Assembly: GCA_010909165.1 (NCBI GenBank)
Contig: MU008158.1
Location: forward strand, 1,947,478-2,011,477
Direction of reading: 5' to 3'
From: Anthoceros angustus
Lineage: Eukaryota > Plantae > Anthocerotophyta
Length of the DNA stretch: 64,000 nt
Position numbers and translations under genes: made by a program. The notes under the pieces were generated by a model, which ran no database searches, had not been told where the DNA came from, and was given only the letters and a program-made list of their open reading frames with translations. Positions 1-12,603 of the stretch are shown here, piece after piece (position 1 is the first letter of the stretch; each line of letters begins with the position of its first letter).

Positions 1-1
1 A

Positions 2-2563
2 GCTTTACACTTGATTCTGGCGCAAGGGCACAGGATCTGTTGGGGGGGCAGTTTTTCTCGACGGGACAAATTGCTGGGCGAACACGTATCCTGGGAGGAG
101 CTCCGACTTACCTGTCTTTAAGAAGTCAAGCCTTTGGCTGGAGAGAGGCCTTCCAGCGAGGGTCTCTTGAGTCGACGATTATTTCTGGACCCTACACTCT
201 GGTGGGATAACAGGGAAGACGAGAACAATTCCCGTTCTCCTGAATTCCGGCACAAGGAATCTGACGAGGTCCTGTGGCTAAATAAGTTCAGCAAGCCAGA
301 TTGAGTGGATGCCCAGTTGGCTGCTCTGGACATGCAGATGGGTCGCCCTGCCCCTCCATCGAACTGGAGTTTGCGGGCTGATCCTGAGCCTCTCAGGCCT
401 GCAGGATACGAAAGGGATGTAACGGCGGAGACTGTAAGCAAGCTATGTGAACAGGGGCAGCTCAGTCAAGCTGTCGAGGCTCTGGGAGTTCTGGCGCAGA
501 CGGATAGTCTTATTCCCAAAGCTCTCTTTCGCAGTGTCCTGAAACGCTGTGTGATGACGAAGGATCTGGTTCTGGGTCGCCGTGTCCATGCTCTCACCGT
601 GACAAAGGGGTCCGAGTCGGACACGTTCCTGTGCAACCACATCCTGCGAATGTACGCCTCCCAGGCCAGATTGCAAGAAGCGATGGATGTGTTCACCGTT
701 GAAAAGGCAGATGTTTACATGTGGTCTTCCATAATCTCGGCACATGCTCAGCATGGACAAGCCAAGCAGGCCATACAACTGTATCATCAGATGCGCAGCT
801 CAAGTGTGAAGCCGGATGGCCATGTGTTTGTGGCAGCCCTACAGGCTTCTGCACGGGCAGCAGACTTGGAAACTGGGCAGCAGGTGCATGCTGATGTGTT
901 GATCAGTGGGGTTGATTGTGATTTGTTTGTTTGTAGTTCCTTGGTGGACATGTATGCCAAGTGTGGCAGCTTGGAAGATGCCCAAAGAGTGTTTGACGGA
1001 CTTCCTGAAAAGAATGTAGTGACTTGGAATGCCATGATCTCAGGATATTCTCAGAAGGGCATGGGTGAAGAAGCCCTTCGTCTTTACAGTGCTATGCAAC
1101 AAGAAGGCATCGCTGCACCCGATAGAGTTACTTTTGTGGGCCTTCTGCAGGCTTGTGCAACTCTTGGTATTCCGGCTATGGAGCAGGGTGAGGAGCTTCA
1201 CAGGCAGATTGCAAGACGAGGACTTGCCGGTGATGTGGTTGTGGGCTGCAGCCTGGTAAACATGTATGCGAAGTGTGGCAAGATAGAGGTTGCTCAGAGG
1301 GTGTTTGACAAACTCCCGCAGAAAAATGTAGTTACCTGGAATGCCATGATAGCTGGATACTCCCAGCAGGGCATGGCTAAGCAAGCTTTTGATGTTTACA
1401 GTGCTATGCAAGAGGAAGGCATAGCTGCACCTAATTCCGTCACATTTTCGACCCTCCTCCAGGCATGTGCAAGCGTCGGTACCTCAGCTTTAGAGAAGGG
1501 GAAGCATGTTCATGCACAGATTAAAGGACAAGGGGTTCATGCTGATGTGTTTGTAGCCAACAGTTTGATAAACATGTATGCTAAATGCGGCAGCATAGAG
1601 GACGCCCAACTCGTGTTTGACAAACTTGGTCAGAAAGATGTCGTAACGTGGAATGCCATAATTGCTGGATATTCCCAACAGGGCATGGGCCAGGAAGCCC
1701 TTGGTGTCTACAGTGTTATGCAACAAGAAGGAATAGCTCAACCTGATTCTGTGACCTTTGTGAGCTTGCTGCAAGCATGTGCAAGTGTGGCAGCTTTAAA
1801 CGTGGGAAGGCAGCTTCATGCTCAGATTGAAGAAACAGGGCTTCTAGCTGATGAAGTTGTATCCATCAGTTTGATTAACATGTATGCAAAGTCGGGGAGC
1901 ATGGTGAATGCACAGCAGGTGTTTGATGCATTGCCAGAAAGAGAGGTCATCGCCTGGAATGCTCTGATAGCAGGATACACGCGACAAGGAGACAGTGATG
2001 TGGTCTTCGACTTGCTTCACAAAATGAAAGTGGGTGGCATACAGCCAAATGGCGTCACATTGCTTAGTGTACTAACAGTTTGCAGTCATGCAGGTCTAGT
2101 GATCCAGGGCCGAGAGTTGTTTGACACTATGAGCAGAGACTATGGCATCACTCCCTCCGCAGAGCACTACTCATGCATGGTGGATCTCCTAAGTCGCGCA
2201 GGTCACCTTGATGAGGCACTGTTGATCGTGAGGACGATGCCTGTGCAGGCTCCTGATGCAGTTTGGCATACTCTATTGGGTGCTTGTCAGAAGTGGGGCA
2301 ACGTGGAGGTGGGACGCTGTGCTTTCGATGAAGCAGTTAAGCTAGATGAAAAAGATGCCGCAGCATATGTATCCATGTCAAACATATATACCGCGGCCCA
2401 GATGTGGGAGGAGGCAGTGGAGTTGCAGGTGAGGCGGAAACTACTCGGGGCCTGGAAGCAACCAGGCCAGAGCTGGTGGACAGACATGAACGGACTGGTG
2501 CATAGCTTTTCGGTTGGGGAGAGGAAGCGAAGCACAACTGAAACAGCTCTTTCCCAGGCGTGA
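2..2563 (+). CDS. PLS-class PPR RNA-editing factor (PLS-E1-E2 plus WW-type PG box, no complete DYW) with upstream in-frame OSB-type PDF motif; the N-terminus has two stops, so it is N-truncated or a young pseudogene
   Basis: Open frame 305-2563 (first ATG 332) has repeated VVTWNAMIxGY / VTFxxLLQACA / SLxxMYAKCG triplets, E motifs (HYSCMVDLLSRAG, VWHTLLGAC) and KQPGQSWWTD..VHSF, with no HSE/CxxC. The same frame upstream reads LFLDPTLWWDNRE..SPEFRHKESDEVLWL, with TAA at 119-121 and TGA at 302-304. Confidence 0.93.
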
Positions 2564-4955
2564 AGGATAGAGCCAAGTGAGGCTGTTTAAGCAATCATCT
2601 CCTGGTGCAGCATTACACCGAATAACTTGTGATGCCATGTTGTTGGAGAAGCATTGATAGTGGAACATGCACAACTGGCTGCTCCTTGAGCATCTGGGAA
2701 GATGTCTGCGATCTGCTGTCCTTTCAGGACGATAGTCGCATCACAGAACTGCCCTTGCACGGGTTGAAAGACCCCTATTATTGGAGGCAGCTGCAACCCT
2801 TTGATGCCATATTCAAGGTGGTGATGTAGGTAGAGTCCTCTACCTCGATTCATAGCACGTCAAACAACGTTGACGAGCAAGAGCATTGCAATCGGCACGC
2901 AGATCCTGACGTCTGAAAGAGGAAACCATTCCGTTTGGGAACAATGGCGGAAGAGGCTGCTACTGGTGGCTTCAGTTGAGGACAGCCAAACTAGATCTTG
3001 GGAGATGGAATCCAGCCTCCGAGGAAGGCAAGCTGTATGCCGGCTACAGGATCCGACATTGGGAGGAGGAAATGTCGTAAGCAGATGAAGGACACCCAAT
3101 TTCCAAATGACATCGTGTCGAACAAGGGCTCTACGCGCTGTTCGAAAAATGTTTTTGGCGCCACTTTAGTTCTTTTGGGAAACTTGGAAGTGGTTGGAGC
3201 GAGTCACTGTGGTCACAAAGCCTGAAGGGCGCCATCAACGAAGAGAATTCTACTCTGAAGCCGTGGACGTCCTCTACTGGCCAAATTTGGAGAGTAAGTG
3301 CAGCTCCACCTGCATCGCCACAGTACTCACATTCCTGGACTTTTGGTGCTCCGAATGTAACGATCAAGTGTCTGTCAGGTCGATTGTCACAAAACTGGAT
3401 CCTAGAAAGCAATGCTCGTGGGATGTCGATTATGTGACACAACAGCATATGCTTACAACCCCTTTTATAGACCTCGAAAATTCCAGTTGCCCAAAATCCT
3501 AATCAGGCTCGCCAACATTCAGCTCTTGCAGTTTACAGTATCTGGGTTGGGATCATGGGAGAAGAGAATTCGAGCCCCTCGTGCCATGGCCCATGTCTTA
3601 AACCTATCAAAGATTGTCTTTAAGATAACCATTGTTCTCCATCTAAGCTTTCTGTTTAAATCATAGTTGTGCTTTACACGTCGCGATCAGCTTTCAGCAT
3701 TGAGTGGCTGGCTTTCTCTTTTCCAACCTGGAGTGGCTTGCTGCAAAATGCCAGCAAGCCTTGAGGGGTTTTTATCCCGCCGAAGTATAAGCTGCAAAAA
3801 ACTAAAGTATATGCTGCAAAAAGCCAGCAAGCTTAAGTATAAGCTAAAGTGTCCACATTGGGTAAAAGCCTTACCGAGTAAGCTTATTCATTGTCTCATC
3901 ACTTTAAGATAGGTAATCATTGAATTGTCAGTAGGATAAAGAACCACAAATGTTAAAAGCAATGACATGATTACACAATACATGGTAGTTACAACGATTT
4001 TCTATGTCTTTTTTTATATACCTACCTATGTTCTCCTATTTTTATGGAGCTTGTTCTTCCAAAATTCTTAAGTATGAGCAAACAATCTTTAAACTCTTAA
4101 ATTATTTCTATATTTCCTATTTCATCACGAGCTACATATCACTATTTTGAGCAATATGCAATGAAAGGAACGTGCACAAAACAAATTTGTGATTTGGAGA
4201 GATTTGAGCAATCTATTATGAACTAGAATAGGAGCTCATATGAAAACATGTCATAAGAAAATATAGTCATAAAGGTTCATTTGCAATCTCAAAAACATTG
4301 TTGTTGATATTCAGCTGGTACTCCTAAAACTATAGTATGGCACATGGCTTTTCTTGTTGCAAAGAATCGACAAATTAAAATTTGAGACCAAAATCATATC
4401 ATTTTGATTTTTTTTGAAAAATATATACTTAAAACTAAAAGAAGACAACGTGCACAATGACCTCACGCAAGAAATATTGGTGCACCCTAGAACAGTGGGA
4501 AGTAGTCCTTGCAGGCTTCTTTTGTAAAACAACATGAAAGATGATGAGCTAAAGCAAAATATGTTTTGTGCCGGATCATTCTTCCGGAAAAATGATTAGA
4601 TCAAAGCTCATTAAAAATAAAGTTATAGATAAATGGTACAAGTCTCCTTTGAAAACTTTATCCCTTCCATTCACCTGTTTGTTTATGTTTTGCATTGTCA
4701 TCGTCATTCCAAAATAATGAAGGTCTTTAACGTATAGGGAACACGATTTACTTTTAAGAGTGATGGAAAGAAAAGTGAAAGGTGCAAAAGCTACCATCAA
4801 TAAAGAACATGGTATTTCATTTTCTTAGCTACATATTTGAAGATACATTTTGTTTAAAGTCTCATGAAAAGAACCTCAACCTCAACAAATTGGCCAAACA
4901 ATAGTCTAGGCTATACATTTTGATATATTAGTACTTTAGAGCTAAGAGGTTCATT

Positions 4956-5651
4956 ATGTCACTATTCTCTATGCTTATGAATATATTTTCAACTTCAGGA
5001 GTTAAGGTAGAATCTAAAAGGCCATCTTCGAATTCTCATACCACATCCATGAAATGGGACCTAAATGGTCGTAGGGAATCTGCCAAAGCTCATTCTGCAC
5101 CAGTGTTGTCAAATGCAACAAGTACTCCTTATATTTCTTCTCAGTCAGCTAGTGTAGGTGGACTATCACCAGAAATTCAAAAAAAGATTAAAGGTTTTAT
5201 TCCTATTAATGGAAACTATAAACATCAACAGACTGTAACATATGAGAATGAACCTGTGCAACAATATGTACGGATGGAGACTATTTCTGCAGCTGAATTA
5301 TCAGATCACGTCTTAGATGATGTTGTCATGGAGTTATTAAACATGAGGGGAGTTGACATCCCAAGTTTGGATAACGAATTGGATCTCTCTACAGCAACCC
5401 CTAATCGTGGTTTTGTTGGAGAAACACAATTGAGGAAAGAGTTTTCCTTCAGGAAACCTTGTAAACCTACAAGGCATGTTCCACCGCCAATTCCAAAAAA
5501 GAGGAATTGTGAGATAAGCAAAAAGGAGTTACAAAAAAGAGAGCAGTCATGGGTTGTAAATTGGGCGGATCAAAGTATTCAAGAAGCTTCAAATAAATTT
5601 AGGAAAAAACCAGACCTTACTTTGAGAAAGCCAGTTGTAAAATGTTTCTAA
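4956..5651 (+). CDS. hypothetical 231-aa protein
   Basis: ATG-started uninterrupted ORF in AT-rich sequence, where long ORFs are unlikely by chance; no recognised domain. Confidence 0.4.
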   Translation: MSLFSMLMNIFSTSGVKVESKRPSSNSHTTSMKWDLNGRRESAKAHSAPVLSNATSTPYISSQSASVGGLSPEIQKKIKGFIPINGNYKHQQTVTYENEPVQQYVRMETISAAELSDHVLDDVVMELLNMRGVDIPSLDNELDLSTATPNRGFVGETQLRKEFSFRKPCKPTRHVPPPIPKKRNCEISKKELQKREQSWVVNWADQSIQEASNKFRKKPDLTLRKPVVKCF

Positions 5652-5968
5652 TTAGAGGGCAAGTAGTGGATATTGATTCTTCTTCGCTAAGGATGTAGAC
5701 AAAGCACACTTGGAACTTCAAGATATACCTATGTATGATGTCCTAGAAGAAGCTGCTGAGTTTTATTTGACTTTAGATAGCTGTGTTGCTGGTAGACATT
5801 TGATCTGTTTAGGTGGTCTTGATTCATTATTTAAAAATTGGTTGTGTTTTCTCCATCGTATTATCTCAAAAACCACGCTGAAATAGTCGATACGATGAAT
5901 CCCTCAAAACCCTGGCAGCGTTTGCGTGATGGACATCACGCGTCCCATGTGGGGCTTTCTGGCTTAAG

Positions 5969-7489
5969 ATGGCTCGTTTGGCCTTTCCTTGTGTTCATTT
6001 TCTGCAGCCACGCTCTACTACTTGGTGTCATGGAGCTGGTTTGGGATCCAGCAAGGTTTTGCAATTTGAGCCACAGGACAGGCTGAAGGGTGAGGAGGGA
6101 ATGGAACTAGGCATTTTATGTTGGCCTGTCCATTTGCAGGCTTTCTGCGACTCAGTTGCTGTGTTCAATCTCGAACAGGAGTGAGAGCCAATGCAGAAAA
6201 GAAGGATGTGGGAAGTCTCGAGTGGATGTCGCAGGCTAACCCCTATGAAGTGCTAGGAGTTACAGAGGAATGCACTGAACAACAAATAAAAGATGCTTTC
6301 CGTGCAAGGGTATGGACAAGTTTCTTGAAGAAATGTTGGGGGCGTTATGGTTATTTATGCGTGGGCCTGTGAACGACGTGTCGCTCGTTTTCAGGTTAAA
6401 GAGTATCACCCGGATGTGTACAAGGGAGCTGATGATGCGAATGGCATCACACAACTTCTGATTCGAGCCTATGAAGTGAGTGGTGAATTCAGTTATAGCT
6501 TACATGATTCGCATGCTAGTTGTAACAAAGCATGAAAGCTTGAACATCGCTGTGAGGAAGCTAAGCGTATCGCAAATTGTGAAGCTCTCCGGGGTGATGG
6601 CTGGAGCTAATAGTGAAATGTGTGTTCCGAACGTGTTGTAGTTGCTGTCCAGCGACACATCTCGTTTGTTGCTCCTCAGAAGGTATGAAGGGATACCACT
6701 TGCCTAGTGACGTTCTTGTGATTACCTTGTTATGTGTGGAGCATAATCACGTGTCGTCCATCCACAGGAGGGATGCTGACCCTTTTGAGGAACCGGAATG
6801 TGTCGCAGAAGATGTGTTTGTGAATGAGCTAGAGTGTATTGGAAGAAGTAAATGTCCTCACTTTTCGTGTTGTGTGATGGGACAACTTTCTTGCTATCCC
6901 TCCTTGTGTCACGCATGATCCTCACACCTCGGGTCATACAAATGGCTGCAGGCTGCCCGTACTCATGCGTCCAAAGAGCCCCTGACGTGTTCACCTTAGC
7001 CACTGACACTGGTCGGGCACGTGCTGTATCTCAAGGTTTGGATCCATCCTCCTGCTGCTGTCCTAGTCTCCCATCCCCCACAACCTGTTCCATCCTCATC
7101 TGTTTGCTGTATGTGCCTCCCTCCCAGGTCAAGGTGCCGAGTACTCAGTTTACACAGCAGCAGGACAGTGCCCCAGAAACTGCATCCACTTTGTCACCCC
7201 TCTCCAGAGAAAGAGACTGGAAGAGATCCTGCAAAGGTGGGCACCGCACCTCCTGCACATGTAAATTAGCCTGGAACGCATCATGTGATACCTTGTCAAC
7301 AGTCAAGTATTAACTAAATGTGGTGTGTGATTTCTGTCCAGCAGATGCGTAGAGAATGCCAATTTCTCAGATGAAGTAGCCTTGTTGATGGAAGGACTGA
7401 TCGCCCGGGCAAGATTTGAAAATGGCAGATACCAACCACCAAAGAAGCGGCAACCAAAGTCGTCCGACAAATGGGTGGATTGGTATTAG
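5969..7489 (+). CDS. DnaJ + 4Fe-4S ferredoxin-domain chaperone (DJC76/CDJ3-like), multi-exon
   Basis: Spliced exons: NPYEVLGV..IKDAFRAR|VKEYHPD (J-domain HPD; intron 6310-6394), DPFEEPEC..VFVNELECIG|GCPYSCVQRAP, QCPRNCIHFVT, ending KWVDWY-TAG at 7487-7489; GT-AG introns. Confidence 0.88.
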
Positions 7490-7771
7490 ACAATGGAGTG
7501 CCAGCCATCTCCATGCTGTTTGTACATATTTCCTAGGTATATCAAGAAGCATTCGATGCTTGCAAGCATTTGGAGGGACCCGGATTCGTCTATCATGCTG
7601 GTTTCCATCCTAGCGCTGTTGAACTAGGCTATATTTTCACTTACCGGAGGAGTTTGGTTGGACGAAGAGCAGGGATAAAGAGATCAGATTCTGTTCTAGC
7701 CCACTGTTTTTCTTCCTAATGTAAAACTTGGGTTGAACTGCTAATGCACATTGTTGTAGTCGTAAGCAAAT

Positions 7772-10700
7772 TCACTTATTTTGCAAACAAGCATCCCTTT
7801 GAGTTTTGGTGGACATCACACCACTCGCAGTTTGGGATGCACCATAGCAGCTAGTATGCGTTGACGCGCACTGGCCGCTGCAGCTTTTTTATTAGAATCT
7901 TTAGCTAACTTCTCACCTTCCCTACGAGCCGTTCCCTTGGCTAACGCAAGCAATCGCATGCGCTCCACGAACACACCCTTTCCCATCAACATTTCTCGCC
8001 TCTGGAGCCATTTGGGAGAAGCGTTAGAAATATATTATCAAATAAGTAGTCTGATTTTCACAAATTTAGGTAGACTTACAGAATCTTGTTTGAGATGAAT
8101 TTCTTCTCTTCTCATCTCCTCCAAAGTTTTCTCATTTTCCTTCCACAGTTTGTACTGGAACTGAGCTTGAGCCATGGATATCTCCGATAGAAAACCATAA
8201 CCGTGGGTATAATTCCACAATGGAATTTCTTTTGGATAGTGACACGACTCCAACTCCACAGCCTATATTTATAATGTACAATCTTGAGGCTTGTTTGGTA
8301 AAAAAATAGAGAACTCAAATTAATGCAATAATATTTACCCGTAATTGTCTTATGAGGTCCTTTTTATATTGTTCATCTACGGCACGTTCAACTGCTACCT
8401 TCTCGGCATTTTCATGTGTTTCTTTCACAACCTTTTTCCACTTTTGTTTTTTTTCTGCTATTACTTGATCATGAGCTACCTATATTTTGAAAACTCCATA
8501 GGTGGTTAGTCTTTGGTGAAATTTAACGGATTATTTTTATTGTATCAATTTAATCAATAATATATAGTTTACAATTTTAAAGAGAGGAGTTGTTACCTAC
8601 CTTTATATTTGCTCTCTCCTCAATGATTTTTTCACATCTTATTTTCTGGATCATCACTTCTGTGAATTCGTCTTCAAGTTTCATAAGATCTAATTTCTTG
8701 TGTTCACGACGCACTGCTGCGGCAATTTCTCGATTCTCCTCTTCCTAAACCATGGTCTTGCATCTTTTCAACTATGTTTCACAAACATTACATTTCAAAA
8801 TAAATAAAAATATGATTGAAATTACCATAGCAAGCCTTGCGATGTTGGCATTATGTTCCGTTTCAATCACGGATGCTTTCAATAATTGGCGTGAAACAAT
8901 TTCATATTCTTCCTCCAATATTCTTTGCTCTTGCTACAATGGAAAATTAGTATAGGTTTATAATTATATATAATGTAAAAAATATCTATGCAAATATATA
9001 GATACCTGTACGTGTCTTAAAGCTGAATCATCTAACAATTCCACTCTAATAGCTTCAATTTTTGCTGCATCCTCATTTCTCTTCTTTTGAAGGACTGCAG
9101 CTTCTCTCAATAAAGCTGATGCAGTAAGGTAGATCTATGCAAAAAATGTTCACAATGAGTAAAGTTGAAAAAAACAGAATATTGGAACATCTTATTGTTG
9201 TACTATACCTCATTTGTAGGTGATGCTGGAATAATATGCTGAACGGTTGGAATATATACATTCTCCTCATGAAATTTCAATTCCGCCTGTCGTATTTTCT
9301 CATGAAATATTAAATATGTTTATCAGTAACCGATCTATTACTTTTTTTTTTCGAATAGAAGTTAAGTGACCAACTAGTGTGTAATTATGATCAAACTTAC
9401 TTCTTCTTTTATTGTTTCTAGATTTGAAGGCCGATGGAAAGCCCATAAATGGAACTGTGGATAATGCGCATAGTATTCTTCTTGCTTCCGCCGATTTTCC
9501 GAAAAGATGGTAGGTAACTCAAGTTGCTCTTTTGGTAATCCAAACCATTGAGGTGGACATCGTGTTGCTTTAAATGGTGGTGACTAGATACCAAACATCA
9601 CTATATCAATACGGAGAAATTAAAATTTTTGCATGAATTGTTTGAAATTACGAAATACATTATCTTACAAGCGGACGTGTGGGAGGTGGTGGCCGAGGTT
9701 TGATGAATGAAAAGACAAAAGGATCAGGAACAGTTGGTTTAAATCCACCTCTTCCTTCTTTGATTTCAATTCTATCACGTTGTCTGCAATTATTTCACAA
9801 GATATGTCAATACTACACAAGATATATCAATACTAGTATTAACATTTTTGAAAATAAAAATAAAATTTAGAAATAAATACAAAACTTCTACCTTTGGGTA
9901 AGTTCCATGAATTCCTGACGCCACACAAAAAGTCCATTGATAACTTGATCAATATACTGGAGTCGGCAAGAAGATGAGAACGGACTAAGTATGTGCAAAG
10001 AAAGCCTTAGTTCTCATCGTTTATAAGTTAAATAGATTTAATTATAGAAAAATTAAAATTATTGAGTGATTTAAAATTTCTGATGTGAAATGATGGTACC
10101 TCTGAGTCATAATGCTTGAGCCAATGTTCCCTAACAATTCTAACTAGACCATTTTCCTCAAAGATGAACACTAAAAAAGGAAGCATTTTTTGAGCATCTT
10201 GGCTATTCACAAATACCCTGTAATTGAATACTTGTTGAATGAGAGACTAACACATTTAACATTCCAACACATACATATATAGAGAAAATCATAGGGGGAT
10301 AGAATCAAGTCTTACGTGAAGAGTTTGAATGTAAGCTCTTCAAGCCGAACGAAAAGAAGATAGGAAAATATCCTGTATTTGCTGTGGTCTGCAAAATTCA
10401 CCTCGCCCAGCTTATTGTCAAAGAACTGTCTCTCAAACGCTTTTATGAGCGGCTCATATCTGAAACAGCCATACAGAACCTGCATGATTGTCGACAGCGC
10501 CTTTCAATTTCGCTCAGTAAAGCTGTCAATTAGGCCTGGATGGCAGGTTGGTGCCAGCTGAACTCAGCAAGCGGCTTTGGTGGTGGGACGAGGATCAAGG
10601 CAGACGACAGGGTGGAGGAAGCATACTTGTTTGAGAAAGATGATGTCATGGGGGTGCGTGACAGGATATTTGGGTAGAAAAATGTCGGCGTGAGCATCCG

Positions 10701-10902
10701 GGGTCTCTCCGGGGAGCTGCTCGAACTGGAAGCTCTCCAGCAGCTTCTCCGCACAGTAGACAAGTTGCCGGGCCGTGAATCTATTTTTCTTCCTGGCCTT
10801 AATTTTGTGCAATAATTGGTCAGTCACATGCGAGCTGGATCCTCCCACGGAAGGCGTTTCTCCGCCAGCCGCAGATGCAGCATCACTAAGAGCGTCGTCC
10901 AT
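7772..10902 (-). CDS. CFAP99: cilia- and flagella-associated protein 99-like, many short introns
   Basis: Exons read HADIFL..IIFLKQ|VLYGCFRYEPLIKAF..YRIFSYLLFVRLEEL, SQDAQKMLPFLVFIFEE..WLKHYD, KPTVPDPFVF..KPRPPP, coiled coil, THGYGFLSEISM. The order matches CFAP99 as recalled; the 3' end is approximate. Confidence 0.72.
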
Positions 10903-11742
10903 AGTGTCCTCACTGTCCTAGTTTACATGTGTGCACCAGATAGGGTTTGCAAAAAGCGCAGGACCATCCACGCATTCCTTCCAACATGAAATGTGCGTCA
11001 CCAATTCCCAGAATGTCGTGGCAGCTCGGAGCCCTCATCTGAATCAGGAGAGGACGCTCATATCTTAACTCCCATGCATCGGGACGAACCTGCTTCACGC
11101 AATGCCGGCTCTCATCAAAGAAAAGGCAGGCCTCCTCATCAGTAAGACTTGCCATCGCAGATCCAGACCGCAAGCCTTAAAGCAGCATATCCGCTCTCCT
11201 CAAACACCGAGAACAGGTAGCAGAACAAGACGAAGTAAAAATCCAGGGCCACCATTCTTCACCTCAAGAACCAGGCATAAAAAGGAGAATCTATTCTGAT
11301 AACCCCGTCGAAGTTCTACATCCTAAAGCAAATGAGAGGTCTGTCCACTGCCAGTGGCAACCACAGCCACATGCCCTTCCTGGCTTTCTATATCTTCCTC
11401 ATGATGAACTGCAGCAAAGCCACGAAAGCGAATGGAGAGTGGCCTGCCCCGGATTAGGGTTTGTCGCTAGCGACAACGAGAGTGGCGGTGTTGACGGGAC
11501 TTGTGGTGGAGTCTTGCCGCTACTGGGAGGGGGCCACATCCTGGAGCTGGAAATGCGCGTGCCTTTGTGGCGGCCTGTGGCACGGCCACCATGTTCAGGT
11601 CCCGATCTTGGCGCAAAGGAATTAGAACGCGTGCTGAGGCCTCGGCGAGTGTAGCTCGTATTTTATCATATAACGGTCTCGGACCTCCCGGTCTTGCGTT
11701 AACTTAACAAAACCCCGGTTGGCGCTTAAGCGGACCACCTGT

Positions 11743-12540
11743 ATGTTCGAGGGAGAAAGGCTTGGATTGCTTTGCTGTGGAAGTGCGAGCAGCCTGCTCG
11801 ACCGCTAGACCCTCTACTGCCTAGTCGCCTCAGCCTCGGACTCGGAGTGGGCTGGAATTTGCTGCCGACTATCGCGCTGAGTTGGATCAGATATCGGGTC
11901 AAGGCCGACCTTTGTCTCCAAATGCTAATTCTTTGCAGGCAGTGCTTGTGCTAGCGTTTCTAGAAACGCACGCGGCGCTGCTGCCAAGCATGGCCACTGT
12001 GCAGGAGATTGCGGTGCTGGTTAGAGCAGCGGATGAACACAAATCCCGGTCGCTTGACGATTCCAATTCTGGTAAACACTGAATTGCTGAATTGCGCTCG
12101 CTTCGGCACGCAACAAGTTGCGTTGAACTGACCAGCTAGCTGCATGGCGTTGGTGTCGGCAGAGTCGTTTGAGCACGAGCTGGGGAGTCTGTCAGTGGAT
12201 GGATCATCGCCTTGCAGTGTTAGCTCCAGACACAGTACTAAACGAGAGCTTTTCCACGATGTAAGACGACGGTAGTGCTTTCCTTTTTTTTTTTCTTAGG
12301 GCTTACTCAGTGGCTGGAGAGGCACATGGTGACTCGTTGATCATTTGGTTTCAGGAAAAGGATCTGGCGCTGCAGAAAGCTCTGCCTCCCATCAAAACGC
12401 GCCGGGAAGGAAAACTGGGTGACCCTGGAGCGCCTGATCTGTCACCGCCTCCGTCACCCAAACGGATGCGAGAGTTGGTGAGGAAAACAAGCCTGAAGAA
12501 TTTGGCATTTCCCGCAATCCGGACACCGGATTCAACCTAG
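11743..12540 (+). CDS. putative small spliced gene, unknown function
   Basis: Exon-like blocks bounded by AG/GT: AVLVLAFLETHAALLP.. (~11939-12071), SFEHELGSL.. (~12163-12260), EKDLALQKALPPIK..-stop (12355-12540). Start uncertain. Confidence 0.35.
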
Positions 12541-12603
12541 AAAACCAACACTCGTTGTTCGGAGAGGTTATCACTCGAGGGGATATCAAAATTGTGGTCC
12601 TAC

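Noticed and set aside
2600-3510. Frameshifted DYW continuation or LINE remnant
   Set aside because: No HxE, CxxC-DYW or RT motifs recognised in the frames I read.
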